Positions 1 through 13,142 of a stretch of 64,000 nt of DNA are shown here, one piece after another (position 1 is the first letter of the stretch; each line of letters opens with the position of its first letter). This DNA is from Laetmonice hystrix. Taxonomy: Eukaryota. A program made the position numbers and the translations under genes. The notes under the pieces were generated by a model. It worked only from the letters and a program-made list of their open reading frames with translations, had not been told where the DNA came from and did no database searches. The stretch covers positions 21,018,001-21,082,000 of the forward strand of contig OZ249445.1 of NCBI GenBank assembly GCA_965235115.1, read 5' to 3'.

Positions 1-3000
1 GCTTAATGTTGACGCTTCTTATATTGGCTGCTCTGCTGCAACCACAATCGTTCAGGTTCTTTAAATGCTCATGCGGCAAGACTGAGGACGGGCTGGTCCT
101 TGAGTCAAAATGTTCTTCATCATATTACTGACAAATAATGGTGAAGTAGACAATACCGCAAAGATCATGACAATGGTCATGAGATGGCGAGCTCTGGGCC
201 TATATGGAGATCGCGGAGATGAGCTTTGTGAGTTACTTTACGGTCGATGGCCAGTATTGTTACGACTATTGTCACCCTTCTCTTCCCTTGTGGAGAAATC
301 AGATATGACAATGATAATGAGAAATAATTGACCAAATCTGTACCGTGTTTTCCTAATAGAATTCACCCACGGCAAATCAACATTTGTTTTGGTTTGGCCT
401 CGAGACCAACTAACCCCGCCGCATGTTGCGTTTGCCGCATCCTCCGAGGCCATACGAGGAATCAACCCCGAAATGATCGCCGATCATCATGCAAAACAAA
501 CATTGAATCAGATTTCGCCGTGCAACCAAACAGTTAATGTTTTTCTCCCAAGGTGAAATAACTGTTCCCCCCTACCACTACCACCCCGCCCTAAGCGACA
601 CACAGGTGCAGCTCATGTTTCCAATGGCAACACCAGCATCCTTCCTGCCATCCTGTCTGGCTCTGCTGGCATGCAGACAGACGCAGTACCACCAGTACCA
701 GCAGCAGCCACACCGCCTGCTTATCCTCCTAAAGCTTTCCAAGCTGACCTCAAGGTCGCCCAAAGGTCATCCGTTGGTTTGTGATGGGAAGGCATCCATC
801 AGAAGTCACGGGTGCCTTCTCTAATTGCTCCCCATTAGCCTCCGTCGTTGGGTGGGGAGACGTCATAGCGTCACGACAGGGGCTGCCACCAGGGGGCGCA
901 GACCGGGAGAGGGGGGGGGGGGTTACCCCTCCACTTCTCCACTTCCAACCGTCTCTCGGTCTCTCCATCCCTGCTGTCAACCAATCCCAGCACACAGGGT
1001 CCATCATCTCTATCCTGACAGCGACCTCCCACATACCTGACAGGTACAGTTATATACACGCTCCCGCAACCATCGGCTGCGTCCATACAAATAAAAAGCA
1101 ATTTCTCTTACATTGTATCAGGTGTTTCATTTCCAAATTGAAGAGAATGATTGCAAGAACTGATCAACCCTAAATCAAACCCATGATCAAAGTCGACTGA
1201 TTACAAGAAAGTTTCACAGGGTCACCTGGCTGGAGATCATCGCATTACAATACAACTCGACCTCAAACAAAACCAGGTCCTCAAACCCAATGAATAAAGG
1301 CAATATTTGTATAAAGACAATTCACAGAGTCTCCAGAGGTTCTATATCACATTCTCAACCTCTATAACACTGTACAATATAAATACCATGTATGGTTTTG
1401 AAGTTTTTTTTGTAGTTTTCTCAAAGACGTTTCCTCTCTCATCTCTGTCACTGCCGACGTGTGAATCCTTGGCGTGAGCCTCCCCTTGTGTTCCTGCCCG
1501 CCCGACTTTACCCCATTAAATACACTACACCATCCGTCCCACGCTACCACCGTCAACCCCCACTCGCCGGCCCGCCAAGGCTATCGGCAATGTCGGGAAC
1601 GCTGCAGGAACCTTTGATGTCCACCAATAGCTCAACACTAATTAGTCACCACTCCAGCAGTCATTACGGCTATAATTGTGCTTTCTTGCCCCAGACCTGC
1701 ATACGGATTTCACGCCCCCGCCTCCAGTCTTGGCTGTACGTTAAAATCCCCTAATCCTCACTAATACTCGAGCCATGCCATTCTACACCCTAACTATCGT
1801 TGTGTTTCTCTCCACTGTCTCTGAGGGGTTCAGTAATGGTACTTTGTCCCTTTATATTAGTGATCGTCGGGAAATCACAACCTCTCGTATTATGGGGATC
1901 ACGGATTTAGGACCATGATCTTTCAGCCCTCTGGGACTAATTGTCTATTCTGTATTCACGACTGGGTTGTCTCGTTTAGCTATTTGAATTTAGCTATTTG
2001 AGTGTCAGATCACCAAGCAGAATACCTTCGGAGTAATATGTCACATAACTGTAGAGAAGGAGCAATACTCACCACTGGGAAATTGTTAAAGTTTATAATC
2101 TGTGATCACAATTCCTGATTACCCCATGGTGGACATCGTCTCTGTTGCCAACACGCAAATTATGCTCACTGCCAACTGGCCGACCGGCGCCTGTTCATAG
2201 GTGCGGTTGGGGCATTATAAAATAGTCCAGATTTTATTTAATCTTCACGAAATCTCTATTAAATTCAAATATAACATAAAACTTTCATAACCAATTATGT
2301 ACGGACATTTTCTACGTCTACATCAGAATCCCGATTCCCACAAAATACCTTATGACAGACACTGCCAATTTATTTTTCCCAAGCCTCGCATAACGTTTTC
2401 TTCCCCAATCATCCTTTTTGATCCCGTCATGTGTTTGACAGTAGGAAATTAATTATAGAGGCAGGCAGACTGATAGATCAACCACAGGGAAGTCCTTGGG
2501 CACGATATTGCTGACACAAAATACTTGATCCTTTATTGATCCACTCTCAATGAAACACCCCCGTCTATCCATGTCACACAACGTCTTAACCCGCCGTTAT
2601 TGCATGGTAACCGACACGGCTCCACTCAAGGAACCGCTGACGTCATGAGTGACGTGATAATTCCATAACCTGAAACCAGGTCCCCAAAAAAAGAGAGAGA
2701 GAATTTCCTCCTCTGGTTGGGAGATTGGCTTTGGATGGAGCTGACACTTTGGTTTCTAAATGAGCCTTTCAAGTATTCATGGACATTTTCTTAGACTCGA
2801 CAAGACAACATTGCCCATTGTCTGTGGTCTCTTTGGGAACTGGATGAGGCCGTCATTTCCAATTTGGAGGGGGAAATGAGCTCAAAACACGCCTCACGTT
2901 CGTTTCCATGGGGCCCTGACAGCCTGGCATGTTAGGACTTGAAATGGACTTGGAATGACCTCTGGTATTTTCAAGGTCAAATACCCGTGGTCTCCTAATT

Positions 3001-3575
3001 ATGTGTCCGGATCTGACAGTGCATGAAAAAAGTGGAAGTTTCTTGATATAAGTTCATGAGTCACAGTGAGTAAATATTTATGACGCAACCAACCACACCT
3101 GAACCCCCCCCCCCCCCCCAACCACCACCACCACCCCACCCCTCCCTCCCGCGGCACTGATTCTATACGATGTCGTCTATGTTGTGAGCGTGTACGAATT
3201 GACGTCAAATCCCTTCCAAAGATCATTAAAGAAAAGTCCCGCTTTTTCTAGATTTCAATTAACAGAATGTCAACAATGGATCTAAAGGCAGTGACAGCAA
3301 TTGAATGTTTTATGGCACTCAGACAGGCATCGGTACCTTTGGACGAGCCGGCGGCATGCAGGTGGGTTTCATGTCGACTCAAAGCAGGCAGTTTTGTGGG
3401 GCTCAACTGGCATCTTGTCATGAAATTTCCAATTGGTAAAGTGCCAAGTATTTTTAGTCAAACACTGCTGGGTAATTAATGGCCATGGCAATTCTAAATT
3501 TCAACCAACTATACATTGTCATTCCCCCATAAGAATAACGTCAGCGTTTTACATTCATGAACTTAAGTGGGTTTA

Positions 3576-3710
3576 GGCCGCGGTGGAGCTGGTGATCATG
3601 GGGCCTAGGGGACCTCTGGGGTTGGGTCCCTATCGGATCTTAGGTAAGAAAGAAGATTGTCGTTTACTTGCTTCAAGGTATTTTCCCCTGGTACTCCGGT
3701 TTCCTCCACC
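3576..3710 (+). mobile_element. Degenerate tRNA-derived SINE of the V-domain (V-SINE/RUDI-like) type, 3' truncated
   Basis: Head GGCCGCGGTGGAGCTGGTG resembles a tRNA A-box and GGGGTTGGGTCCC a decayed B-box. These are followed by TTTTCCCCTGGTACTCCGGTTTCCTCCACC, close to the V-domain core as I recall it (GGTTTTCTCCGGGTACTCCGGTTTCCTCC). No database check was possible. Confidence 0.5.
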
Positions 3711-4344
3711 TGTCAAGCAACCCCCTGATTCCAAACTCAGGGAAATACTTAGGTTGAAGTCTTCAAAATACCGCAACTAATGATATTTTTAAGGATAAAG
3801 TAGAAAGTCGAAAGAACCCTCTTACGCACCGTTTTTAATGACATGTTAAACAAAAGCTTGCCACACGGATCTGCTCTGAGCAAAGGTCCAGATTCTCATA
3901 CATTCACTGACCGTCAGATATTGCTAAGGCTAATGGTGGAAGCCGGGTGGAGCTGACATACACGACAGGTCCGGGTCGAGTAAATGGATGGTGGCTTCCC
4001 AGGTCAACACGGCCCAGTCAAAAGGTGACTGGCCCCGGTCAACCGGTGGGCCACCAAACGGGCCCCTCCACCTGGTAAGGTAACACAGGCTGCTAATTTA
4101 TGGGTGGGGCCGCGTGAGGGGGGTAGCTGTGGTTGTTATAGCAACAGAGTGACACTAAGGGATGGGGGGCCGGAGGGTTTGGGTAGTGAGGGATGGGAGT
4201 GAGAAAAGCTTTCAGGTCTGTGTACAAAATGAAGGCAGTCAGTGGGAGTACAAGGCACCGTTTACCTCACTGATGAAGGTCAAGATACCTGGACATCATT
4301 TCATTATTGACGCTTTAACAACATCCACCGGCCAGACCTGTTAG

Positions 4345-4433
4345 GTTGGTCCACCCCGAATAACACGTCTTTGGGTTGTTTCTATTATAATATTGGTATT
4401 ACTTATGGCCCGTACCATAGCTATATATCACAG
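4345..4433 (+). CDS. Candidate internal exon (89 nt), product unknown
   Basis: Consensus donor CAG|GTAAGT at 4433/4434 but a weak acceptor (ctgttag). Two frames are open: VGPPRITRLWVVSIIILVLLMARTIAIYH (TM-like) or GWSTPNNTSLGCFYYNIGITYGPYHSYISQ. Confidence 0.2.
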
Positions 4434-5451
4434 GTAAGTGGAATTGTTGCTTTAAAAAAAACGGATATTATATAGGTCTAGCTATTATCTATACCACAGA
4501 TATCATAATACAGCAACCTAACAGGTCTATGCATTCCAACATGCCCCCACCCCTCACCCAACCCTACCCCACATTTCCCTCTCACCCAGCCCACCCTCTG
4601 GAGATCCCGACTTGTTTCCCGACGTTTCCCCCTCGCCTGTCCTTATCTTCCCATCCCGCCGCCAGTCGGCGCTGCGCGTTCCCTTGACGTGACGTATCCC
4701 AGCAGAACCCGTCATGTACACGTCACAACCTCTCACTATCACCCCCAGCTCTCGGTATCCAAAACTCGGTCTGCCAACCCTGGCCAACCTCACCCCGCAT
4801 GTCGGATTGAAAGTTCACAGAGACCAATCTGTGCGAGCGCCGGGTATAGCTTCCATGGCGTCCACCAGATTGCATGACTTATATCTACACCCCGGCCTGA
4901 TCGTCTGCTGCTGTTGGCAGCACATACAACAACGGCAACACGACCACGCTACAATGGTTTCATATCAGAGTACCAAACGTGATTCGTGTTCGTCTGAAGG
5001 TCCAGTTAAATCCGATACCTACCTCAGTCATTCACGGTATATAGCCTGTTATAATAGGACAATGATCGGGCCAGCTGAACACAAAAACTGATCTCAACGG
5101 TCTGCTCGACCATTCTATGTGCTCTGTTTTCATACCAATTATATCAAGTTGTGTCAGAATAGAACTATAATGCATAGAAAAGAATGAAGCCGCCATAATA
5201 AAAGTCCACTTCTCTGGTTTTGATCGAATCAAATTGCACCTTATTGACAATTTAATAGATGTGGAATATAGAAAACAATGCCTCTTATAAGGTTATTATC
5301 TCATCCTTATTTTGCTAAATTGATAATATCTTATACAATAAATTAAATCACCCTTCCAGCCTTTTCTTTGTAAATAAGTTCTCATAGGTTAAACCGCCCA
5401 TTTATTATGTTGTACCAGTATTATTCACTACTTAACTATTTCCTGGTAAAT

Positions 5452-7991
5452 CATTTCGGTGAAGGTTTGACGTTTGTCTGTGACAGGTCACAAGTTGGTC
5501 GGCCGTGACCTGACCAATGACAGAACACCATTCGGTGAAGGTTTAACGTTTGTCTGTGACAGTGTGAGGTCACAAGTTGGTCGGCCGTGACCTGACCAAT
5601 GACAGAACACCATTCAGTGAAGGTTTAACGTTTGTCTGTGACAGTGTGAGGTCACAAGTTGGTCGGCCGTGACCTGACCAATGACAGAACACCATTCGGT
5701 GAAGGTTTAACGTTTGTCTGTGACCGTGTGAGGTCACAAGTTGGTCGGCCGTGACCTGACCAATGACAGAACACCATTCGGTGAAGGTTTAACGTTTGTC
5801 TGTGACAGTGGGAGGTCACAAGTTGGTCGGCCGTGACCTGACCAAGGACAGAACACCATTCGGTGAAGGTTTAACGTTTGTCTGTGACAGTGTGAGGTCA
5901 CAAGTTGGTCGGCCGTGACCTGACCAATGACAGAACACCATTCGGTGAAGGTTTAACGTTTGTCTGTGACAGTGGGAGGTCACAAGTTGGTCGGCCGTGA
6001 CCTGACCAATGACAGAACACCATTCGGTGAAGGTTTAACGTTTGTCTGTGACAGTGGGAGGTCACAAGTTGGTCGGCCGTGACCTGACCAAGGACAGAAC
6101 ACCATTCGGTGAAGGTTTAACGTTTGTCTGTGACAGTGTGAGGTCACAAGTTGGTCGGCCGTGACCTGACCAATGTCAGAACACCATTCGGTGAAGGTTT
6201 AACGTTTGTCTGTGACAGTGTGAGGTCACAAGTTGGTCGGCCGTGACCTGACCAAGGACAGAACACCATTCGGTGAAGGTTTAACGTTTGTCTGTGACCG
6301 TGTGAGGTCACAAGTTGGTCGACCGTGACCTGACCAAGGACAGAACACCATTCGGTGAAGGTTTAACGTTTGTCTGTGACAGTGTGAGGTCACAAGTTGG
6401 TCGGCCGTGACCTGACCAAGGACAGAACACCATTCGGTGAAGGTTTAACGTTTGTCTGTGACAGTGTGAGGTCACAAGTTGGTCGGCCGTGACCTGACCA
6501 ATGACAGAACACCATTCGGTGAAGGTTTAACGTTTGTCTGTGACAGTGTGAGGTCACAAGTTGGTCGGCCGTGACCTGACCAAGGACAGAACACCATTCG
6601 GTGAAGGTTTAACGTTTGTCTGTGAGAGTGTGAGGTCACAAGTTGGTCGGCCGTGACCTGACCAAGGACAGAACACCATTCGGTGAAGGTTTAACGTTTG
6701 TCTGTGACCGTGTGAGGTCACAAGTTGGTCGGCCGTGACCTGACCAATGACAGAACACCATTCGGTGAAGGTTTAACGTTTGTCTGTGACCGTGTGAGGT
6801 CACAAGTTGGTCGGCCGTGACCTGACCAATGACAGAACACCATTCGGTAAAGGTTTAACGTTTGTCTGTGACAGTGTGAGATCACAAGTTGGTCGGCCGT
6901 GACCTGACCAATGACAGAACACCATTCGGTGAAGGTTTAACGTTTGTCTGTGACCGTGTGAGGTCACAAGTTGGTCGGCCGTGACCTGACCAAGGACAGA
7001 ACACCATTCGGTGAAGGTTTAACGTTTGTCTGTGACAGTGTGAGGTCACAAGTTGGTCGGCCGTGACCTGACCAATGACAGAACACCATTCGGTGAAGGT
7101 TTAACGTTTGTCTGTGACCGTGTGAGGTCACAAGTTGGTCGGCCGTGACCTGACCAATGACAGAACACCATTCGGTGAAGGTTTAACGTTTGTCTGTGAC
7201 CGTGTGAGGTCACAAGTTGGTCGGCCGTCACCTGACCAATGACAGAACACCATTCGGTGAAGGTTTAACGTTTGTCTGTGACCGTGTGAGGTCACAAGTT
7301 GGTCGACCGTGACCTGACCAAGGACAGAACACCATTCGGTGAAGGTTTAACGTTTGTCTGTGACCGTGTGAGGTCACAAGTTGGTCGGCCGTGACCTGAC
7401 CAATGACAGAACACCATTCGGTGAAGGTTTAACGTTTGTCTGTGACAGTGTGAGGTCACAAGTTGGTCGGCCGTGACCTGACCAAGGACAGAACACCATT
7501 CGGTGAAGGTTTAACGTTTGTCTGTGACAGTGTGAGGTCACAAGTTGGTCGGCCGTGACCTGACCAATGACAGAACACCATTCGGTGAAGGTTTAACGTT
7601 TGTCTGTGACAGTGTGAGGTCACAAGTTGGTCGGCCGTCACCTGACCAATGACAGAACACCATTCGGTGAAGGTTTAACATTTGTCTGTGACCGTGTGAG
7701 GTCACAAGTTGGTCGGCCGTGACCTGACCAAGGACAGAACACCATTCGGTGAAGGTTTAACGTTTGTCTGTGACCGTGTGAGGTCACAAGTTGGTCGGCC
7801 GTGACCTGACCAATGACAGAACACCATTCGGTGAAGGTTTAACGTTTGTCTGTGACAGTGTGAGGTCACAAGTTGGTCGGCCGTCACCTGACCAATGACA
7901 GAACACCATTCGGTGAAGGTTTAACATTTGTCTGTGACCGTGTGAGGTCACAAGTTGGTCGGCCGTGACCTGACCAAGGACAGAACACCAT
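5452..7991. repeat. 82-bp minisatellite, about 31 copies
   Basis: Unit ACCATTCGGTGAAGGTTTAACGTTTGTCTGTGACAGTGTGAGGTCACAAGTTGGTCGGCCGTGACCTGACCAATGACAGAAC; copies near-identical. ORF-track spacings of 410 and 246 bp are multiples of 82. Confidence 0.98.
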
Positions 7992-10516
7992 CCGTTGGTG
8001 ACAATCACTTCCGGTTTCTGCGTAATGTACGATAAATCAGGAGTTCTTCTTTAGGTAAACTTTACTTTAAACTTTTCGCTGGATCTTTGTTTCCATCTTC
8101 GCAGAACATTGGGTGTGTAGTATTTACACACTATTGTTATGTTCCCCGACCTGGAGGCGGTTATATAGCAATTAGCACCCCTTTTAATATAAATGTATAT
8201 AGGGAACTGCGAGGCACGGGTCTCCACGTTCGGTCGTAGCCTGGTTGCTCGTATCAGATCGTGTCCACTTGGAGAGGTGAGGGTGTGGTAAGGTTCCAAA
8301 TCAGTTAACTCTCAATGGGTTATCGTGTGTTCAAAAGACGTCAACTAAGTCAAATTCCACCTTTTTAGGTTCTTTTTATCTTTAGTTACACTCTGTTCTA
8401 CAGGTGCTTAGTAAGAGGTGCCAGGAGACACTCTAGTCCCAGATTCCTCCTTGATTATGTCTGGAGCCATCGGTTTCTTGGATAGCTCACAACGCACACT
8501 TTATTTTGACCCAAGTTGCTGATTCCCGATTTTTGGAGACAGTCTAAGCATATCAAAACAGGTTTAACTTAATATAGAAATATCTTGATATGTGTCGTAT
8601 CGTGGCACAAGTGTATCGTTTCAGCCCTAACTAAAATGGGTTAAAAGGAGCACATACGTCAGTTCAAGCATTGCCATGTGTACCGCTGCCAGTACCGCTG
8701 ACAGCTGAAGACGATTGCATGACGTTCAGAGAGCAGACAGTGGTATACGGAGAACCCTTACGTTGCGTAACTCGGAAGCCACCTGATGGCCCATTCGCAT
8801 GCTCATGGCTTCCACACACACATGCACACCGATTCACAATACTAAGTCAGTGTTTGCATGTGACTGGTCGTCAAACCATTCCTGTTTTCCCGTTTTCATT
8901 GCAGTTTTCCCTCTCAATATATCCATGCACATGTGCACGTTCCCTGTATACAACCTCATGAGGATGATTTCCCAAGGGGGGACGCGTGCATTTTTTGCCG
9001 CTGTCCCCAAATGAACAGGTATTGCATATGTATTATACATACAGGCCCAGCATTGGACCTCGATGGAGGTATGTTTGGGGAGGAATGTGGACATGCCCCC
9101 GGTGTAGAACATGGTTTCATTGCACAATTTGGAGTTTACATCAATGCATTCGATTCTTTACAACGTTGCCTTTGTATTGGCGTGAATACACCAACTACAT
9201 CATCCTGAAGTCAGAGATGGAGCAGACTCAATGCAAATGTTAACAATGCTCTCTGAATACAAATGTCAAGGAAAGTTAGTTTCAATGTCAAGACGCACCA
9301 AGTCAAGGCGACATCGCCGGGTTCGCTGTCTTTTTACTTTAAGATTCTTCTTCTTCTTTTATCTTCCAGTGTAACACGAGAAGCAGAGAATTAACATTCG
9401 TGCAGGTTTAATCGTTATTCAACATCATGAACAATAGGAGAATACAAATGAGATGTTCAAGTGTGATGTGGCCCCTCCACAGGCCGTACACTGATATCTG
9501 AACGTGGACGGCAACTCTTCATGGTAACAATAATTGTATTCAAAAACAAAATTGTACAATAACACTGTACAAGTCATTCTGCACTAGATGAAAAGGTCAT
9601 ATTATCTCCATGCAGAGGGAGCGAATTCCTCATTTAAATTTTAAGTTTGTACTTAAAAAAGCAGTTAAAAAAAACTTCCGATCAACATGAATCCTATTTG
9701 GAGAAATATGAGGAAATCCAGGTCTCCCAACGTAATCTTATAGTTCTGAAACTGGTGAATGTGTTCTAACTATATTACAATTCGTCTCTCATTCTTCTCA
9801 ATCCTTTCTTTGTTGGGATCATGTCATTATTATCCGTAAGAGGACTGACCAAGAGTTTACCTGGTTGCACTTACAATTCGATGATTAAAATTTCCATGCG
9901 GGTCAGCTTGTAAGGTGGAACACGACGCCAACAGTCGCATGAAATGATTAAACGGAATTCGTATTTTCTCAGTCCCACCCAAAACAAATGGTCCTCCAGA
10001 AGCAGCCTTTAAAATCCGTGGCTGTTTTAAAGGCAATCGCGCCATTTTAGATCTGAAGTTGAAAAAGCTTAGATATTTTGTAGAAGTGAAGATCTATATC
10101 TCTACTTTACAAAAACATGAAAAAACTAGACATCATGATTGCGAGCAATACACTAATCCCATTTCCTCTTTCTTCCAAACAATATCTACGACGTTTGCAA
10201 AGATTTTGTAACCTTTTTTGCATTCAAATTAACCAACGTATAAACTTTGATATGACGCATCCCTTTGTTGGAGCACCCCCCCCCCCCCTCCGGACGAGCA
10301 CCCTCCACGCCATGGTCCCCTACTCTTACGGGTGGGGAAGATGGTTTCCGTTGCTATGCTCATTTATTACATACAGAACATCATACACGTGCCGACTGCA
10401 AGCAGACCGGCGACCAATGAATCCATCAAGTTTTCTACCTGCCACCCGGGCCACAGTGACGAAGATAACCTGCCACCGGCTTCCTATCATCAGCTTGGCA
10501 TGGCGCGGTGGCAGTG

Positions 10517-10708
10517 GTTGGGGTAACGTTAGGTTGACGTTGGGGTAACGTTAGGTTGACGTTGGGGTAACGTTAGCTTGAGGTTAAATTGACGTTGGGT
10601 TGACGTTGGGATAACGTTAGATTGATGTTGGGTTGATGTTGGGTTGACGTTTAGTTGACTTGGGTTGACGTTGGAGTAACGTTAGACCGACGTTGGGGTA
10701 ACGTTGGG
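10517..10708. repeat. Degenerate 22-bp/10-bp GT-rich minisatellite
   Basis: GTTGGGGTAACGTTAGGTTGAC repeats at 10517, 10539 and 10561, then decays into GGGTTGACGTT-like subunits. Confidence 0.85.
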
Positions 10709-11537
10709 GCCGGTGATTTATACCTGTATAGATCTGACTCCGTCAACAATGGCCGAGTCGGCTTGAGGTATATAAGAGATCAGCCTCGCCACCTGATTCG
10801 TCGCCTTTTGTTCCGACTGATCCGGTAAGATATATACAGCTGTGTACTGCAGCATCGAGTGATTCATATACAACAAGGCTTCTGTCGTAATGATCCGTCA
10901 TCGTATGCCCCCCCCCCCTTTCCTCAACACCAGCGTCTATATACCAATAGTATAGAGGTCTATACAGAACGGACATACAGGCTGAAAACTGGTTACGACT
11001 ATATCCTTAGTCTATGACGGAGGGCCATTTAACAGTCACACATACAGTTTTTATGGAGTTTCAAATTATGACAGTTGCTCCTATCTTTTAATGGATTTTC
11101 ATAGTCAGTGAGTCCTATCTTTTTTCGGAGTTCCACAGACTACCGCCACAAGTTCTCCACAGGGGGTAAAACCAGGAAACAAAAAAGAGACAGATCCATT
11201 TGGGTCCATGCCATGTCGAGCTGTTTTTTGCACTAACTTTGACAGATAACACTTAACGCTGGTCAGCGATATGGCCTGGCGACGAATGCGAAAACGTATG
11301 AACCCGAAGAGGATGCGCCCGAGTGACATTCACTTGGCTTCGTTTTGGGAGCTTAAAAATAATTTGGAAGCTGTAAATGGAAGTGCTCTCAATCCGGTAG
11401 ACATTTCCGGATTGAAAAGTGGTGGCCGACTGATTGTTAATTGGCCCGAGACAATTAAACTGTCTGGGTGTCAGTCGAACAATGAGTGATGAGTGCGTAC
11501 GCCTTGGGATCGAGGAGAATGGAGGGGGGGGGGGGGC

Positions 11538-11676
11538 GGCCCGGCCTGGCCCGCCGCCCGGCCCGGCCTGGCCCGCCGCCCGGCCCGGCCTGGCCCGCCG
11601 CCCGGCCCGGCCTGGCCCGGCCCGCCGCCCGGCCCGCCGCCCGGCCCGCCGCCCGGCCCGCCGCCCGCTCGGCCCA
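11538..11676. repeat. Nearly pure G+C microarray (22-bp and 12-bp units)
   Basis: GGCCCGGCCTGGCCCGCCGCCC about 3.5 times, then GGCCCGCCGCCC about 3 times, preceded by a poly-G run. Confidence 0.93.
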
Positions 11677-12067
11677 GGGGGACACTTGCCGTTCATCCCC
11701 CTCATCAGCCGCCGGGGAGATCCTCAGGCCGCAATGATTGGATCCAATCTGAACTGTGGTTTACCTGGAGGTGGGCGGTTGGTACCTGTGGGACACGCTG
11801 TTGATTGCTCCTCCATCTCGGCGGCCGGAGACGTCAGCCAGGAGCTGGCGGCCCGGAGCGGGAGGAGGGAGGGAGGGGGGGGTGCTCCCAGCCTGTGCAC
11901 AGACTCCTTCCTCCCACCCACCCTCTATGCCCACATATTCTTCCCTTTAATCCATCAGCCCAGGGTGACCGGGCCTTCAAACATTCACTCATCAATCCTC
12001 GAACCCGTCACACTGAGCTAATGTTGGTACTGCCCTCTCGAGCCACTTCTATGGGCAATAATAACAA

Positions 12068-12502
12068 CAAAGATACTACTCCACAGCTACAGCCAAAAAC
12101 AAAGTCCTCCACAGCTACAGCCCAACACAAAGTCCTCCACAGCTAGAGCCAAAAACAAAGTTCTCCACAGCTACAGCCAAAAACAAAGTCCTCCACAGCT
12201 ACAGCCAAAAACAAAGTCCTTCATAGCTACAGCCAAAAACAAAGTCCTCCACAGCTACAGCCCAACACAAAGTCCTCCACAGCTACAGCCCAACACAAAG
12301 TCCTCCACAGCTACAGCCCAACATAAAGTTCTCCACAGCTACAGCCAAAAACAAAGTATCCACAGCTACAGCTAAAACAAAGTCCTCCACAGCTACAGCC
12401 CAACACAAAGTCCTCCAGAGCTACAGCCCAACACAAAGTCCTCCACAGCTACAGCCCAACACAAAGTCCTCCACAGCTACAGCCAAAAGCAAAGTCCTAC
12501 AG
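12068..12502. repeat. 28-bp minisatellite, about 15 copies
   Basis: Unit CTCCACAGCTACAGCC(A/C)AA(A/C)ACAAAGTC. Confidence 0.96.
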
Positions 12503-12696
12503 ATCAGTTCACCATGCGGAGCGGAACCTCAAACTCCCACGCTGAACGGACATTACGACCCCCCCCCCCCCCCCGCCACTCGAGAGGAAAGAAAGATCCA
12601 ATCAGGAGAGAGTATCCATTGGGGACTGTCTCCACACCTGCTATCCATCAGGACGCCATGCGGTGACATTCAATCCAACTAACCCTTCCTCCCGGC

Positions 12697-12786
12697 ATGG
12701 CTGGACCCTGGCCCAGGTACTTCATCACCATCACCTCAATCACGGCATGTCTATTACAATGGGACGCGGGGCGGGCAACCTTCCAG
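12697..12786 (+). CDS. Candidate first coding exon encoding a signal-peptide-like N-terminus
   Basis: ATG in good Kozak context (ggcATGG); MAGPWPRYFITITSITACLLQWDAGRATFQ has a basic residue, a moderately hydrophobic core and a small-residue G-R-A site. It ends at a phase-0 donor CAG|GTAAAT. Confidence 0.3.
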
Positions 12787-13142
12787 GTAAATGAAATAAG
12801 GCAGATCTTGTACAGCCATCCACCTGTTCCAAATATGAGAGGGTTTGGACAACCCGATCCTTCTTCTTCCGACTGGCCAACTCATCACACAGATCATACC
12901 TCGAGTTTCTCATGATGACAATCATGGCATCTTATACCTGACATCGGGCACAAGGTCCCGCTGGCAATAATACTCGACTTATGTAGTCAACGGACGGTAG
13001 ATTATGAAACATTCGGCAGGAACATACACCAAACTGACACCAAGGGATGGGGGAGGGGGAAGGGTCAGGTGAGACTGTCTTAAAATCTGTCACCTGGCAA
13101 GGTGATTCTTAGACGACGTCAGGTACAATGCTGAGGTGCACC

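Noticed and set aside
606-754. Possible Pro/Ala-rich exon (AAHVSNGNTSILPAIL...PPAYPPKAFQADLK)
   Set aside because: Acceptor and donor are mediocre, two frames are open, and there is no recognisable homology.
5452-7991. CRISPR-like appearance of this and the other long arrays
   Set aside because: Units are contiguous with no unique spacers, there are no cas genes, and the context is eukaryotic.
7046-8008. Repeated 61-74-aa minus-strand ORFs (MTADQLVTSH...)
   Set aside because: These are read-through of the 82-bp unit (not a multiple of 3), with starts created by a single variant base.
10005-10034. 10-bp stem GCCTTTAAAA/TTTTAAAGGC, and an 8-bp stem at 61921-61945
   Set aside because: Short stems are expected by chance in 64 kb; there is no Helitron CTRR end or partner terminus.
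11253-12021. Arg/Pro/Ala/Gly-rich ORFs on both strands (up to 195 aa)
   Set aside because: They arise from the stop-free GC microarray.
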